Virus record (IMG/VR): IMGVR_UViG_3300032898_000001
Location: 1-64,000 of that record
Direction: 5' to 3' (one strand)
Source: a virus
Length of the DNA: 64,000 bases
The translations under genes were made by a program, and so were the position numbers. Of the stretch, positions 43,517 to 54,709 are shown piece after piece (position 1 is the stretch's first letter; each line of letters starts with the position of its first letter). The notes under the pieces are model-generated. The model worked only from the letters and a program-made list of their open reading frames with translations, did not search any database and was not told the DNA's origin.

Positions 43517-46087
43517 ATGACGGACGCCCAGACGGACAGCTCGCCGTACCTGGAGGCCGAGACGGCCGTCGCGCACATCCCCGACGACTTCCAGTTCACG
43601 TTCGGGTGGTGGCACAACGCCGAGATCAGCCGCAAGCAGGTGATCGGCGGCCAGAAGATCGACAAGACCGCGTACCACAAGCACCTCTCTCACGGCGGGT
43701 CGTACGACCAGTTCCAGTACGGGACCGAGAAGCCGATGCCGCAGGGGTTTGGTGGGAAGTGCGCCCACGAGGGCCACGACGAGCACGGTCACCAGCGCGC
43801 CGTCATCTGCGCGCGGCAGACGCACCTGTTCGTGGTCGACGTCGACGACCCGATCAACTACGCCCTGACCCAGACCGCGGAGCTGCTCGGCAAGGACCAG
43901 GCGATGACGACCCGCGGGGTCGGGTTCCACGTCTACGTCTACGTGCCCCCCGAGCTCATGGGGCAGTGGCCGACGCAGGGCCCGATCGCGGGCGGTGACA
44001 TCAAGGCGAACGGGTTCGTGCCCGCCCCGCTGACCGTGCACTACACCGGCCACAAGTACGAGCTGCGGCCCGGCGCCGCGGTCGTGGTCGCGACCTCGCA
44101 GCTCCTGGCCGCGGTGAACGCGGACCGCCAGGCCCGGCGGCTCGCGAACGGTCCCGGCGGGGAGCGCGGGGACGGCAACGACCCCGAGCTCTTCAGCTAC
44201 TGCGGGGCCCTGTACGCCGCGAACCCGGCGGACAAGGAGGGCGCCTGGGAGATGTGGCTGCGGAAGGCGATGAGCCTCCCGCTGTCGGACCCGACGTGGC
44301 CGTGGTCGGAGGCGGACCGGGACCGGTTCGAGCACCACTGGTCGTACTGCGAGCAGGCGCACGCCGTGAACCACCCGCCGGTGAGCTCGCCGTTTCTCCC
44401 GCCCGTCGTGACCGTGACGGCGCCCGTCCCGCACCTGCCGGTGCCGAGCGTCGCCGTGAAGCCGGGAGGGGGAGGGACGGCGGTGCCCGCCCCGCCGCAG
44501 CCCCCGGTGGTGAGCGCGGCGCCCGTGGCTCCCTCGCTCGCTCCCTCGCTGCCCGAGGTGGTGACGGTGGCCGACATCACGGAGGCGGCTCCCGTGACCG
44601 AGGGAGGGACTCAGGCCGCCAGGAAGGGCGACGACGCGGCGTCGGTCGCGGAACCGGACTGGACGGCGCTGGACGCGGCCGGGACGCCGGAGGACCCGCT
44701 GACCGCGGTCCGGCGGTTTGAGCCGTGCTGGCGAGACGACGAGGAGAACTTGACGCTGCGGGCGTGGCGCGGGGCGTGGGTCGGGTGGACGGGCACGCAC
44801 TGGGCGGAGGTGGAGGAGGCGGCGCTGCGGGCCTGGATCTACCCGCGAGTGGAGCACGCCCGGTGGTCGAAGAAGACCGCCAAGGGCGAGATCAAGATGC
44901 CGTGGGCGCCGACCCGGGCGAAGGTGACGAACGTCCTGGACGCGATGGCCGCGACCTGGCACCTCGACTCGGCGGTGGAGCAGCCGGCGTGGCTGGACGG
45001 GCGGCAGGAGATGGAGCTGATCTCGCTGCGGAACGCGCTGGTGAACCCGGTCACGCGACAAGAGCACCCGCACACGGCCGCGTACTTCACGGGCTACTCG
45101 CTCCCGTTCGACCACGACCCGGGGGCGGGCTGCCCGCGGTGGGACGCGTTCCTGGCGTCGGTGTTCCCGGGGGACGCGGAGAGCGCGGCTCTTCTTCAGG
45201 AGTGGTTCGGGTACGTGATCTCGGGACGGACGGACCTGCAGAAGATGCTCTTTCTCGTCGGCGCGAGCCGGTCGGGGAAGGGAACGGTCGCGCGGACCCT
45301 GACGTCGCTGATCGGGAAGGCGAACGTGGCGGCACCGACCATGCACAACCTGTCGACTAACTTCGGGCTGTCGTCGCTCATCGGAAAGTCACTCGCGGTA
45401 ATTGGAGACGCGCGGACGTCGGCGAAGACCGACACGCAGCTCATCATCGAGCGGCTGCTGATGATCACGGGTGAGGACAGCATCGACGTCGACCGGAAGA
45501 ACCGGGCGATCTGGACGGGGAAGCTGCCGACGCGGGTCACGATGCTCAGCAACGACCTGCCCTCGTTCCGGGACTCGAGCGGGGCGATCGTGAACCGCAT
45601 GCTCGTGCTCAAGTTCACGCAGTCGTTCCTGGGCCGGGAGGATCTGGACCTGGAACCGGAGCTGCAGGGAGAGCTGTCGGGAATCTTCAACTGGGCGCTG
45701 GTGGGACTGGAACGGATCAACCGGGTACGGCGGTTCACGACGCCGGCCGCGAGCCAAGAGATCATCAAGGAGATGGAGGAGTACGCGAGCCCGATCTCGG
45801 TGTTCCTCGCGGAGAAGTGTGAGGTCGGAGACGGGTACTGGGTGTCGCGGGATGACCTGTTCACGGCGTGGCTGCTGTGGAACGGGGACGCGGTGAAGGA
45901 CGGGCAGGCGGCGAGGACGTGGTTCGGTCGCTCGTTGCACGCCGCGGTGCCCAGTCTCGGAGACACGACGGGGCGGACGAGAGGGTACAACGGGGTGCGG
46001 TTGAGGCCGGGAAACGCCACGTTCATCGCGGGGCTGAGAGGGACCGGAGAGGTCGTCAGGGAGCTGCCGAAACGAGAGGGAATCTAG
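43517..46087 (+). CDS. Prim-pol primase fused to D5/P4-type SF3 helicase
   Basis: VVDVDD, T.RG.G.H.Y, DIK..GFV; Pro-rich linker; CPRW..FL, LQEWFGY, GASRSGKGT, ITGED. Confidence 0.9.
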   Translation: MTDAQTDSSPYLEAETAVAHIPDDFQFTFGWWHNAEISRKQVIGGQKIDKTAYHKHLSHGGSYDQFQYGTEKPMPQGFGGKCAHEGHDEHGHQRAVICARQTHLFVVDVDDPINYALTQTAELLGKDQAMTTRGVGFHVYVYVPPELMGQWPTQGPIAGGDIKANGFVPAPLTVHYTGHKYELRPGAAVVVATSQLLAAVNADRQARRLANGPGGERGDGNDPELFSYCGALYAANPADKEGAWEMWLRKAMSLPLSDPTWPWSEADRDRFEHHWSYCEQAHAVNHPPVSSPFLPPVVTVTAPVPHLPVPSVAVKPGGGGTAVPAPPQPPVVSAAPVAPSLAPSLPEVVTVADITEAAPVTEGGTQAARKGDDAASVAEPDWTALDAAGTPEDPLTAVRRFEPCWRDDEENLTLRAWRGAWVGWTGTHWAEVEEAALRAWIYPRVEHARWSKKTAKGEIKMPWAPTRAKVTNVLDAMAATWHLDSAVEQPAWLDGRQEMELISLRNALVNPVTRQEHPHTAAYFTGYSLPFDHDPGAGCPRWDAFLASVFPGDAESAALLQEWFGYVISGRTDLQKMLFLVGASRSGKGTVARTLTSLIGKANVAAPTMHNLSTNFGLSSLIGKSLAVIGDARTSAKTDTQLIIERLLMITGEDSIDVDRKNRAIWTGKLPTRVTMLSNDLPSFRDSSGAIVNRMLVLKFTQSFLGREDLDLEPELQGELSGIFNWALVGLERINRVRRFTTPAASQEIIKEMEEYASPISVFLAEKCEVGDGYWVSRDDLFTAWLLWNGDAVKDGQAARTWFGRSLHAAVPSLGDTTGRTRGYNGVRLRPGNATFIAGLRGTGEVVRELPKREGI

Positions 46088-46410
46088 GTGCTACATCGGG
46101 GGAGTTTAGGTGTTACCTGTGGGTAGATCGACATTGTTGAACGTTCAATCGGGTAACAGCTAAAATGTCCGATTGTAACAGCCTGTAGCAGCTAAGGTAG
46201 CAGCTAAAGTTTGATCAATACAGGCCCTGGGACCAGGCAAAACAGACCGATGTAGCAGCTTGTAGCAGCTAAAAGTACCGTATTCGCTCTAGTTTCAAAA
46301 AAGTGGGCATGATGTCTACAGAGAGTTACGAATAATTACAGAGAGTAGATAGAAAATCGAGAATGGCTCGTAATAGACTTTCAGGTGCTACAGGGTGCTA
46401 CACCTGATCT
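46088..46410. repeat. AT-rich putative replication origin with GTA(G/A)CAGC(T) iterons
   Basis: Six direct copies (46153, 46175, 46185, 46197, 46252, 46262) and inverted GGTG(C/T)TAC copies at about 46087, 46109, 46384, 46394; non-coding, AT-rich. Confidence 0.75.
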
Positions 46411-46454
46411 TGGAGTGATCAATAAGTGACCCGAGAAAGTGGTATGATCGTCAC

Positions 46455-46910
46455 ATGAACTGGAACGAGCGATGCCGAGCCGCGGGGGTGTCGGAGGACA
46501 GCGGCCCGTACGGCGCTACCGCTCAACGAGGACCCGGCGACGAGACATCGGCGCTGGAGCGCCTGGTCACGTGGGCCGAGAAAAACGACCTTCGCTGGGT
46601 TCCTCACGTCGGCGTGTGCCCGTGCTGGGTGCTCGGGAAGAACCCACACGCCGGCACGTGCAAGCGCCTGGGAGTCTCGGATGAGAAGGGAGCGTGGAAG
46701 GATCACGTCTCGACGTGGTGCTCACGTTCGCGAAAGGGACGCGGGGCTCGAGAGGTGTGAATCGCTCAGCCGTACGTCAACGAGGAGTGGGACCCGATGG
46801 CGGAGAAAGAGATCCAGCTCCTCATCGCTCGAGGGCTCAGGGTGACGGTGACGACAGGCTGGTACCTGCCGCCTCATACCCGATGCGTTGAGGTGAGGCG
46901 TGAGGCCTGA
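46455..46910 (+). pseudogene. Gene interrupted by in-frame TGA (46758-46760)
   Basis: Frame continues 49 codons after the stop (REV*IAQPY...GWYLP..T). Confidence 0.5.
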
Positions 46911-46961
46911 TAGAGGGGTGTGTGCGTATACGTACACGCGTGTCCATGAAATGAGGCAGAA

Positions 46962-47396
46962 GTGAGTGAGGCGCGAGACGTGCCCGGCGAGGTGACGCTG
47001 GAGGAGGTGGAGGCGAGCGTGTGGCGGCTGCTCGCGAGCGCGAGTGAGGGGCGAGATGGATCGGGCGTGAGCGCGCGATTGGACGCGGTGCTGGTGCTGG
47101 TGAGGCGGTACGGGGAGTGCGTGGCGAGGCAGCGAGAGGTCGAGATGAGGCGCCGAGAGAGCGCCGCGGGAAAGGAAAAGGAGGGCGTGAAGCGGTGCTC
47201 GACGTGCGGGCGCGAGCTGGCCATCGCGGAGTTTCACCGCAACACGAGCCGGCCCGACGGGCGCCAGAGCCGGTGCAAGGAGTGCGCGGGAGCGGCCCGG
47301 CGAGCGCGTACGCGGGTCGCGGCGAGGCAGCGAGAGGCGGTTTCGGTTACTCTCGGTGCTCGTTTTGAGGGCGCGGGGACGGCGAACGGGGCGTGA
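46962..47396 (+). CDS. Zinc-finger protein (endonuclease VII-associated finger type)
   Basis: KRCSTC..EFH..PDGRQSRCKEC. Confidence 0.6.
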   Translation: MSEARDVPGEVTLEEVEASVWRLLASASEGRDGSGVSARLDAVLVLVRRYGECVARQREVEMRRRESAAGKEKEGVKRCSTCGRELAIAEFHRNTSRPDGRQSRCKECAGAARRARTRVAARQREAVSVTLGARFEGAGTANGA

Positions 47397-47620
47397 GGCA
47401 CCCCTGGCTGGCCGACGGGGCCTATATCACGGTCTGTCCCGTGTGCGGGCTGGCCTGCGAGGGGGCGAGCGAGGACGAGCGGGGTACCTTATATACGCAC
47501 GCGCGGCGCGACTACCCGTGTCGCCTGGCCCACCGCCTCAACGAGTCAGGCGTCGGGTTCGACCCGGAGCTCTTTCTCGAGGCGCTGCGGCTCATCGAGA
47601 AAGGACCGTACGAGTGGTGA
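47393..47620 (+). CDS. Small zinc-binding hypothetical protein
   Basis: CPVC..H..C; coupled start. Confidence 0.45.
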   Translation: MRHPWLADGAYITVCPVCGLACEGASEDERGTLYTHARRDYPCRLAHRLNESGVGFDPELFLEALRLIEKGPYEW

Positions 47621-48036
47621 GGTTGCCGGCCTGGCTGCGGCGCTGGCTGAGGGTCGAGTCGCCGAGCGAGGTCTTCGCTCCGCGTCGCGGCCAGCAGCGT
47701 CACCCGGCCTGCGTGGTCGCGCCGCCCTTGGCCACGACGTCGATGACGAGCGGGACGGTCGATGAGAGCGATCTCGATCTGGCCGTGGCGGTTCGCGATG
47801 AGCGCCGCTGAGGAAGTCGACCTGTGGTGCACGACCCACGAGCGCTGGGCGATCGGCAGCGAGCGCCACGCGGCGGGTCCCGAGCACGTCTTGGAGTGGC
47901 GAGAGCGACCGCGTGAGGGCACCCAGCTGGCCTCGATTGGACAGGTCGGATAGGATCAGCGGAGAAACGAGTTCTCGTTTTCCGCTGAAATCTCGCGAAG
48001 ATCAAAGAACCAGGCCATCAGCCTGGCTTTTTTGGC

Positions 48037-48261
48037 TCATCGGGTCCGTCGAGCCAGCTCGTCGAGGACCGCGTCCGCCGCGGCGGGGGACAGGATCGGC
48101 AGCTCCCGCTTCAGCAGGTCCTGCACCACGGTGATCACGAGCTGGGTACGGGTGCGGCGCGAGGTGAAGGCGCCCGCGTGGCGCTTGACGAGGCGCGCGG
48201 CGTCGTTGAAGAGAGCGTCGACGACCTGGCGGGCGGCCTGGTTGAGAGTCTGGTCCGACAT
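48037..48261 (-). CDS. Hypothetical protein
   Basis: AGGAG RBS, own promoter. Confidence 0.6.
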   Translation of the reverse strand: MSDQTLNQAARQVVDALFNDAARLVKRHAGAFTSRRTRTQLVITVVQDLLKRELPILSPAAADAVLDELARRTR

Positions 48262-48291
48262 CGGAAGCTCCTGTTCTGCGGTGGTAGGATC

Positions 48292-48323
48292 ATTCTATGT
48301 CGTTTTTGCACAGAAGTACACAG
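48292..48323 (-). promoter_or_regulatory. Promoter variant
   Basis: TGTACT-N17-TAGAAT. Confidence 0.6.
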
Positions 48324-48401
48324 CTCTAGCACAGAAAAGAGGGCCCCTCGCTTTGCTGAGAGGCCCTCTCGTTCAGTTTGATCTTACGTGCACCTTCGCC
48401 G

Positions 48402-49013
48402 CTAGAGCTTCTTCGCCCAGCGCCAGACCTTCACCCACAGGCGAGTGAGAACCTCCTCGTTGAGGACCTCGTCGCTCTCGAGGAACGCGACGAGCTCCTG
48501 GCGGGTCGTGTCCTTCCCGATCACGAGCTTGGGCTTGTCCTGGCCGGCCAGGTGCCGGGCCTGGTCCTCGGTGAGCTTGACCGTGAGGGCCAGCCGACCG
48601 TCGAACGTGCGCCCCGCCTCGAGGTTGCCGGCGTTCACGTAGTGGTGGGGGAACGAGGCACTCGACACCGGGCCCTCCACGAGCACCTCCACGCTCTCGC
48701 GCGTGGGCTTGACGGGAGCCTGGCGAGGCAGCTTCTCCAGGTCGCGGTCCGCGAGCTCGACGTGCGCGTCCTCCGTAAGCGACGGGCCGCGGAACGTGCC
48801 CGTGAGGTGCGTCTCGACGACGGGATTGTGCCGGACGATGACGGGCAGGGCCTGGCCCTCCCGCAGGCACGTGATCGTCGCGTCGTCGAGCAGCTCCTCG
48901 ACGAGGTGAGCGGCGTGGCTGGCGCGAGCCCGCGGGTCGTGGTGACTCGGCACGTACGCGTCGAACTCGTTGTGGAGGAGCAGCTCGAGGCGCTGTTTCA
49001 GCTGGTCGTCCAT
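48402..49013 (-). CDS. Hypothetical protein
   Basis: TGATG coupling, codon bias. Confidence 0.6.
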   Translation of the reverse strand: MDDQLKQRLELLLHNEFDAYVPSHHDPRARASHAAHLVEELLDDATITCLREGQALPVIVRHNPVVETHLTGTFRGPSLTEDAHVELADRDLEKLPRQAPVKPTRESVEVLVEGPVSSASFPHHYVNAGNLEAGRTFDGRLALTVKLTEDQARHLAGQDKPKLVIGKDTTRQELVAFLESDEVLNEEVLTRLWVKVWRWAKKL

Positions 49014-49354
49014 CAGGAGAAGTCCCCCGCCTCGGCCTCGTCGCCGTAGCTGGGGTTGTCGTCGATCGCGGCGTCCTGCCAGGCGGCCGGTGCGGCGCTG
49101 AGGTACGCGGGAACGGGCTCGTCGGCGTCATGGTTCTTCTCGCGCCAGGTCTCCACGACCACGCTCACGACGTGGCGCGAGTTGAAGGCGCTGAAGTCGC
49201 CGTTCGGGAGCTCGAGGTTGATCCCCTGCACGCCCTCGTTGAGGATCTCGGCCATCCGCTGGGCCGTCTCGGCGGTCACCCCGTCGACCTCCTTCCAGGC
49301 GCTCTTCACGGCGTGGCCGGTGACGAGGTGCACGACGCTGCGCTGCTTGATCAT
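49013..49354 (-). CDS. Hypothetical protein
   Basis: AAGGA RBS; Sm-like beta pattern. Confidence 0.6.
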   Translation of the reverse strand: MIKQRSVVHLVTGHAVKSAWKEVDGVTAETAQRMAEILNEGVQGINLELPNGDFSAFNSRHVVSVVVETWREKNHDADEPVPAYLSAAPAAWQDAAIDDNPSYGDEAEAGDFS

Positions 49355-49401
49355 CTGGTTCCTTCTTCCGGTTCGGTCTGTCTTCCTGGCCTGGCTGAGC
49401 C

Positions 49402-49433
49402 AGTCTATCACAGAACTGTGCAAATGTACACAA
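49402..49433 (-). promoter_or_regulatory. Promoter variant
   Basis: TGTACA-N17-TAGACT. Confidence 0.6.
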
Positions 49434-50705
49434 AATCAGGCGGTGAAGTCGGCGCTCTCGTCCTCGAGGGTCGCGAGGATCTCCCAGCCCCGTGGCCAAC
49501 ACCGCCGGCACCGCTGAGCGCGCACGCGCCGCGTGTGGTCCGCCAGCAGGCGGCGAGCGAGCACCTGCGAGAAACCGCCGTAGGTGACGTAGTCGTTGCC
49601 GGCGCGCCGCTCCAGGCGAGAGGCGCGGCGGTCCAGGCGGATCAGCTTCTTCTCGTGGCCGCGGTTCTTGCGTCCCATGATCAATTTCCCGTCAGGGTCG
49701 AGAGCGAGGGCGTGGTCAAGACCAGGGACAGGATCACGATGGCCATGGCCACGCCGATGACGGCCAGGCGCGGGCCCGGCTTCTTCGGTGGGAGGGGCTC
49801 ACGCTCAACGTGGAGCTCCTCCCACCAGTGCGGGTAGGCGTTGTGGCGGTTGCGTGGGAGCACCCGTTGATCATATCGGGTGTGACGAGTGACACGATGG
49901 CCGGCCATCAGTCGTCTCCCAACACCGTGATCGAGATGGCCTCCTGCTCGAGCACCGTCGCGGTGCAGATCCGGTCCTGCGCCTCGGTCGACAGCTCACG
50001 CCACTCCTTCCGCGGGATGCCCGTGTCGAGCTCCACGCGGAACCGGACGGCGTGGAAGCTCGTCACGCGGAGCTTGATCGTCTCGTTCTCGTACGCCTCG
50101 TCCTGCTCGGCCTCCTCTTGCAGGGCGGCGTGCAGGGACGCGTTGAGCTCCGCGGCGGTGGGGCGGTTGACCTCGCGGATCGCCGCCCGCACCGCGGGGT
50201 CGCTGTACGTGTTCTCGTCGCTCATGCCGTCTCCACCACGTCGAGCTCGGTCACGGTCCCGCTCTCATCGACGCTCGCGGCACCCATCACGAAGGCGTAG
50301 AGCACCGTCCCCATCACGTTCTTGATGGTCACCTGGCCTTCCCCGTACACCTCGACCACGAGGCCCACGTCGGCCAGGTGCACGTCCGTGCTCTCGTTCT
50401 CGCGGAGCTCGTTGCTGTAGCTCATGATCAGTCCTCGTCTCGGGTCGGCTCGGTCGTGTAGAACTCGTCGGTGAGGGAGTCGAAGGGCTCGCTCTCGGTC
50501 TCGTCCTGGCTGGCCCACAGGGCCCGGCGGTACGCGGCGGCGCGGTCCACGGCTCAGCGCTCCTTCGCGTTGTGGATGAGGCCGATGACGATCAGAATCG
50601 CGATGAGGCTGGCGCCTACGATGAGCGCGACCGGCGAGAAGTAGAGGGTCTCGAGCAAGTGGATCATCGTGGGCCTCTTCCTGGTTCCGTGTTCCTGATA
50701 GCTTA

Positions 50706-50737
50706 ATTCTATGCCGAGCGCGGCAAAATGTAAACAC
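50706..50737 (-). promoter_or_regulatory. Conserved phage promoter
   Basis: GTG-TTTACA-N17-TAGAAT. Confidence 0.8.
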
Positions 50738-51109
50738 CCACGGCCGACTTCTCCACCACCTCGCTCGCCGCGACGGGCGGGTTCCCCAGTTCGCACGGCC
50801 GCCCGCCCCGCGCGTGCCACACCAGGCGCGCGTCCCGGTACACCTCCAGGCGCACGGCCTCCTGGCCGCACGCCGCGCACGGGCCCGCGAGAGGGACGTG
50901 CCAGACCTTCTCACTCACGTCACGCCTCCTGCAGGCAAAAGAGCAGGTATCTCTCCGACTCGGTCAAGATCAGGATGTTGCGCTCGTAGAGACTGAGCAC
51001 CCGCGAGGCGACGTCCTGCAGGTCCCCGAACTCGTTCGGGCTGAAGGTCAGGGTCACGTCCTGGTTGATCTTCACGGTGCCTCCTGGCTGGTTTTGTGTT
51101 GATACCTCA

Positions 51110-51141
51110 ATTCTATGTCGAACTCTCTCGTTTGTAAACAC
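51110..51141 (-). promoter_or_regulatory. Conserved phage promoter
   Basis: GTG-TTTACA-N17-TAGAAT. Confidence 0.8.
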
Positions 51142-54100
51142 CTGGCGGGCACTCCCGGTGAAACCCCGCGCCCAGCACCGCCTGCACCACGTCCCCCAGC
51201 GCGTCGTCCACGACCCCGTTGTACGTCATCGGCGCCAGGGCCGCCACGAGCGCTGCCTCATCCCGTTCCCGGGGCGTCAGCTTCTGGGCCGCGAAGTATA
51301 CCTCCAAGTCCGCCCGCAGCTCGTCCCATTTCCCGTCCACCATCAGCTGCAGCCGCGGCGGGCGCTCGTCGGCCGCGTACGGGAAGGAGTCCTGGCAGTC
51401 CGCGCACCAGTACTCCTGGCCGCCGCTCATCAGCTGATAGGTCGTGTTCTCGCCGCCGCAGCTCTCACACGTCACGTCGTCTCCTCGGGTTCGTACTTCG
51501 CCTTCAGCTCCGCGAGCTTCTCTCGCTCCCATTTTTCGCGCCGCGGCCGCGACTCCTCTTCCCGGGCCGCCACCCACGCCTTGTGCTCGTCGATCTCCGC
51601 CTGGCTGGCCACCTCGTCCCAACGCAGCGTCGCGAAGTTCACCTCCACGTCGAGCGGGTCACCCGCCCGCGGGTGCTCCGTCTCGAGCCACGCGATCAGG
51701 TCCCGCAGCGGGATCGTCCCGTCCATCGACGCGTAGACGTGGAACCGCCACGGCTCGTCCACGGGGGTTCGTGTGAAGCTGGCGGTGCACTTTCTTGATC
51801 TTCCAGCCCGTCACTCGCTTTCGCCCTCCTTCTCCTTGTCCCAGCCCGCCGGCGCTCGCCAGTCACACGCTCGGGCCAGCGCCGCGTACTCCTTCGGCCA
51901 CCACGTCCACACCCGGCTCTTCACGCCCGCCGCGGTCACGGTCTCATCCAGCAGTGCCCTGGCCGCGGCCACGAGTTCCTCGTACGGGGCGACCCGCGAT
52001 CGGCCCAGACTCTTCCGCTCGGCGCGGCGCCGCGCCATCTCTTCCGGCGCCGCGTACGGGTCCTCCTCCACCTCAAAGTGCAGCGGGTGCTCGTGATCGA
52101 ACGGCGGCAGGCACCGCGCGTGGTTGCGAACGTCCTCCGGCGGGTCGCACTCGTAGAAGCCGACCATCCCCGCGCCCGGCGGGACGTAATGCGGTTCGGT
52201 GCGCTGGCACACCTGGCCGGCCTTGTTCTGGTGGCTCACTGGCCCTCTCCTTCTCTCCTGGCGCTCACGACGCAGTCGTCGCGAGATCACTGCGGTCCCC
52301 AGTACACCGTGTCGACCGCTCTCTCGCACCCCTGGCACCACAGCGCCGAGTGTGAACCGCAGTCCTCGCAGCCGACCTCGGTCTCCTCGCGCGTCGTGTT
52401 GAGGTACTCGCAGTACGGGCAGTCCCAGGGCGCCACGGGAGGGAACAGGTCCGGGTCCTCACTCACGTCGTTCCCTGGCCTTTCTTCTCCTCGTGCCACG
52501 CGAGCACCTTCTCCACGAGCCAGTCGTCGTCCCCGGCGCTCTGCTCGATCAGCCAGCGCAGCTCGTCCGCGGGGGTCTTCTCGCACCGGTGGTCCCGGGC
52601 GAGCGTCGTGATGTCGTCCAGCGTGGCCGCGGCGCTCAGGCGGCTCACCACGCAGTTCTCTCGGCCGGCGCGGACGTGCTCGAGGCGGTTCCCGTTCTCT
52701 CGGCGAGCGACCACGAACTGGCCCGCGTGCGCGGCGTGGATCCAGGTCACGTCGTCACCTCAATCTCGTCAGCCAGCTCGACGGGAAACAGGGGGTCGTC
52801 GGTCTTGATCAAAACACCGAGAAGGTGATGTCGTCGCACGAGTGCGTAACCCTCATCATCCAGCACGCGAAGTGCGGCGGCGAGACCGGCTGCCTGCGCG
52901 GGACGGTCGCTCTCTTCGAGGTCAACGCCCCAGTAACCGGCGACCCCGTCCACGCTCGCCGCGATCAGCTTCTCGGTCAGGTCACTCACGTCAGCCTCCC
53001 GAGCTCGGTCAGGACTCGCAGCACGTCGTCCACGAGCGTGAACCCGATCTGGCCGGCCAGGTCGTCGCGGCGGTAGAACTTGCAGCTGGCCGGGTACGCG
53101 TCGCAGGCGCAGAGGTGCTGGTGCGTCTCGTCGGCGAGCTGGTACGCGATCCGCTCGCTCAGGTCCTCGCGGTCCAGGACGTCCTCGCTCGCCGGGCCCG
53201 GGAGGTCACTCCGGGTCAGGCGCAGCCGCGCGAACCCGTCCTCGTCGGTCAGCCACTGGCCGGCCGTCACGCTTCTCCCGTCGCGCTCCAGCTCCACGAA
53301 CACGGCCTCGTTTCCGGGGCCGGGCGGCGCCGTGAACACGACGTCGAGGTGCTCGCTCACGTCTTCTCCTCTCGTTCCTTCTCCAACAGGTCACTCAGCT
53401 CGCAGAGCAGGCACGCCCGCAGCGCCGGGTTGTGCGGTCCCGGGTGCAGGTGCTGGGTGTGGCCGCAGTTCGGGCAGGCCACGTCGATCAGCTGGCCGGC
53501 GATGACTCTCATCCGGCAAGCCTTGACCCAGCTCACGTCTCCTCGTCTCGCACGAACAGCTGAGCCGGGTGCGGCACCGGGTAGTACGCGTCGTCCTCGC
53601 CCTCGTACTCGTCGAGCAACCACCAGGTCACGCTCGACGCGTCCCCTGGCTGTCGGATGGTCAGGTCGTGCACCTCCACGACCCGGGGCAGCACCCCGTC
53701 GCGCCGCGACACGTACCGCTCCACGTCCCGGTCCTCGTACCGGAACGTCATCGGCACGAGCTCGACGACCTCTTCTTTCTTCGTCACTCGTCCGTCTCCC
53801 ACTCCACGGTCACCTTCGGTCGCCTGACCTTCCCGTTCTCGTCCCAGACGAGCCACGACGGGAGCGTGAGCAGGAGGCAGCGGTCGTCCTCGAGCAGCGC
53901 CGCGGCGCGGTCGTACGCCTCCGCCTCTCGTTCGAGCTCCTCCCACCCGTTCGAGCCCTTTGTCCAGTTGTCGCGGTACGCCCGTCGTCCCGCCGCGGCC
54001 AGGCGCAGCCGGGCCACCGGGTCGGCGGGTAGCCTCGGCTCGCTCATCTCGTCCACCTTTCCACGGCCCACAGGCCCACGCCCGTCGCAGCCCCGCACAG

Positions 54101-54627
54101 CACCGCGACGTACCCGAGCGGCGCCAGCACGAGGACGTTCCCGAGGGACAGAGCCGTTCTCAGCGTCACGCTCATCTCGTTCCTTCTCTCTTCTCTCTTC
54201 TCTCTTCCGAGGTGAGGCCCGAGCTCCGGGGAAGGGGAGCTCGGGCCTCGGTCTCAGCGCGGGCCGACCGACGGGCTGGCCTGGCGCGTGGGGTTGCTCG
54301 TCGATGGGCGGTCCGTGACCCGGAAGTCCGCCATCTTCGCGAACCGCGCGTACGCGAAGGTGTCGTGCAGGTCGGCCGCGACGGTCTTCTCCAGGCCGAG
54401 GTAGTGCATGGCCAGGTACTCGACGAGCAGGTGGACGGGACCGCTCACGCGGTAGGTGGGCCAGCCGTTGGCCTCTCCCGTCTGCAGGACGAGGATGCCG
54501 TTGACGGCCGGGGGAAGGCCGTCCTTGTCGCTCGCCCAGTCGAGCTCGACGGTGATCACGGGAACGCTGGTGTCGTCTGCCATGAGGGCTCCTTCTGGTT
54601 GCTGGTCGGTTTTTCCGACCTGAGGCA

Positions 54628-54659
54628 ACCATATCACCTGCCACGCCATTTGTAAACAC
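54628..54659 (-). promoter_or_regulatory. Conserved phage promoter
   Basis: GTG-TTTACA-N17-TATGGT. Confidence 0.8.
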
Positions 54660-54666
54660 CCTCACG

Positions 54667-54707
54667 TAAAAAGTGGGGCCGCCCTCCCCGAAGAAGAGCG
54701 GCCCCAC
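54667..54707 (-). terminator. Intrinsic terminator of the RNA operon
   Basis: GTGGGGCCGCTCTTC-TTCG-GGGAGGGCGGCCCCAC-TTTTT. Confidence 0.85.
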
Positions 54708-54709
54708 GC

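Larger units (their letters stand above)
49436..54583 (-). other. Cluster of about 20 small translationally coupled early hypothetical genes (e.g. 49681-49908, 49908-50225, 51472-51762, 52463-52750, 52747-52989, 52986-53360, 54254-54583)
   Basis: Short ORFs with GGAG/GAGG RBS and GTGA overlaps; several CxxC fingers; no recognisable family. Confidence 0.55.

Noticed and set aside
27170-46087. Inteins in helicases, polymerase or primase
   Set aside because: Sizes are normal and no C...HN splice motifs were seen; the primase insert is a Pro/Ala linker
46088-46410. Repeats as a CRISPR array
   Set aside because: 9-nt units, irregular spacing and both orientations fit iterons
46758-46760. Selenocysteine codon or genome-wide stop recoding
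   Set aside because: No tRNA with a TCA anticodon seen, and TGA is the normal stop in most genes
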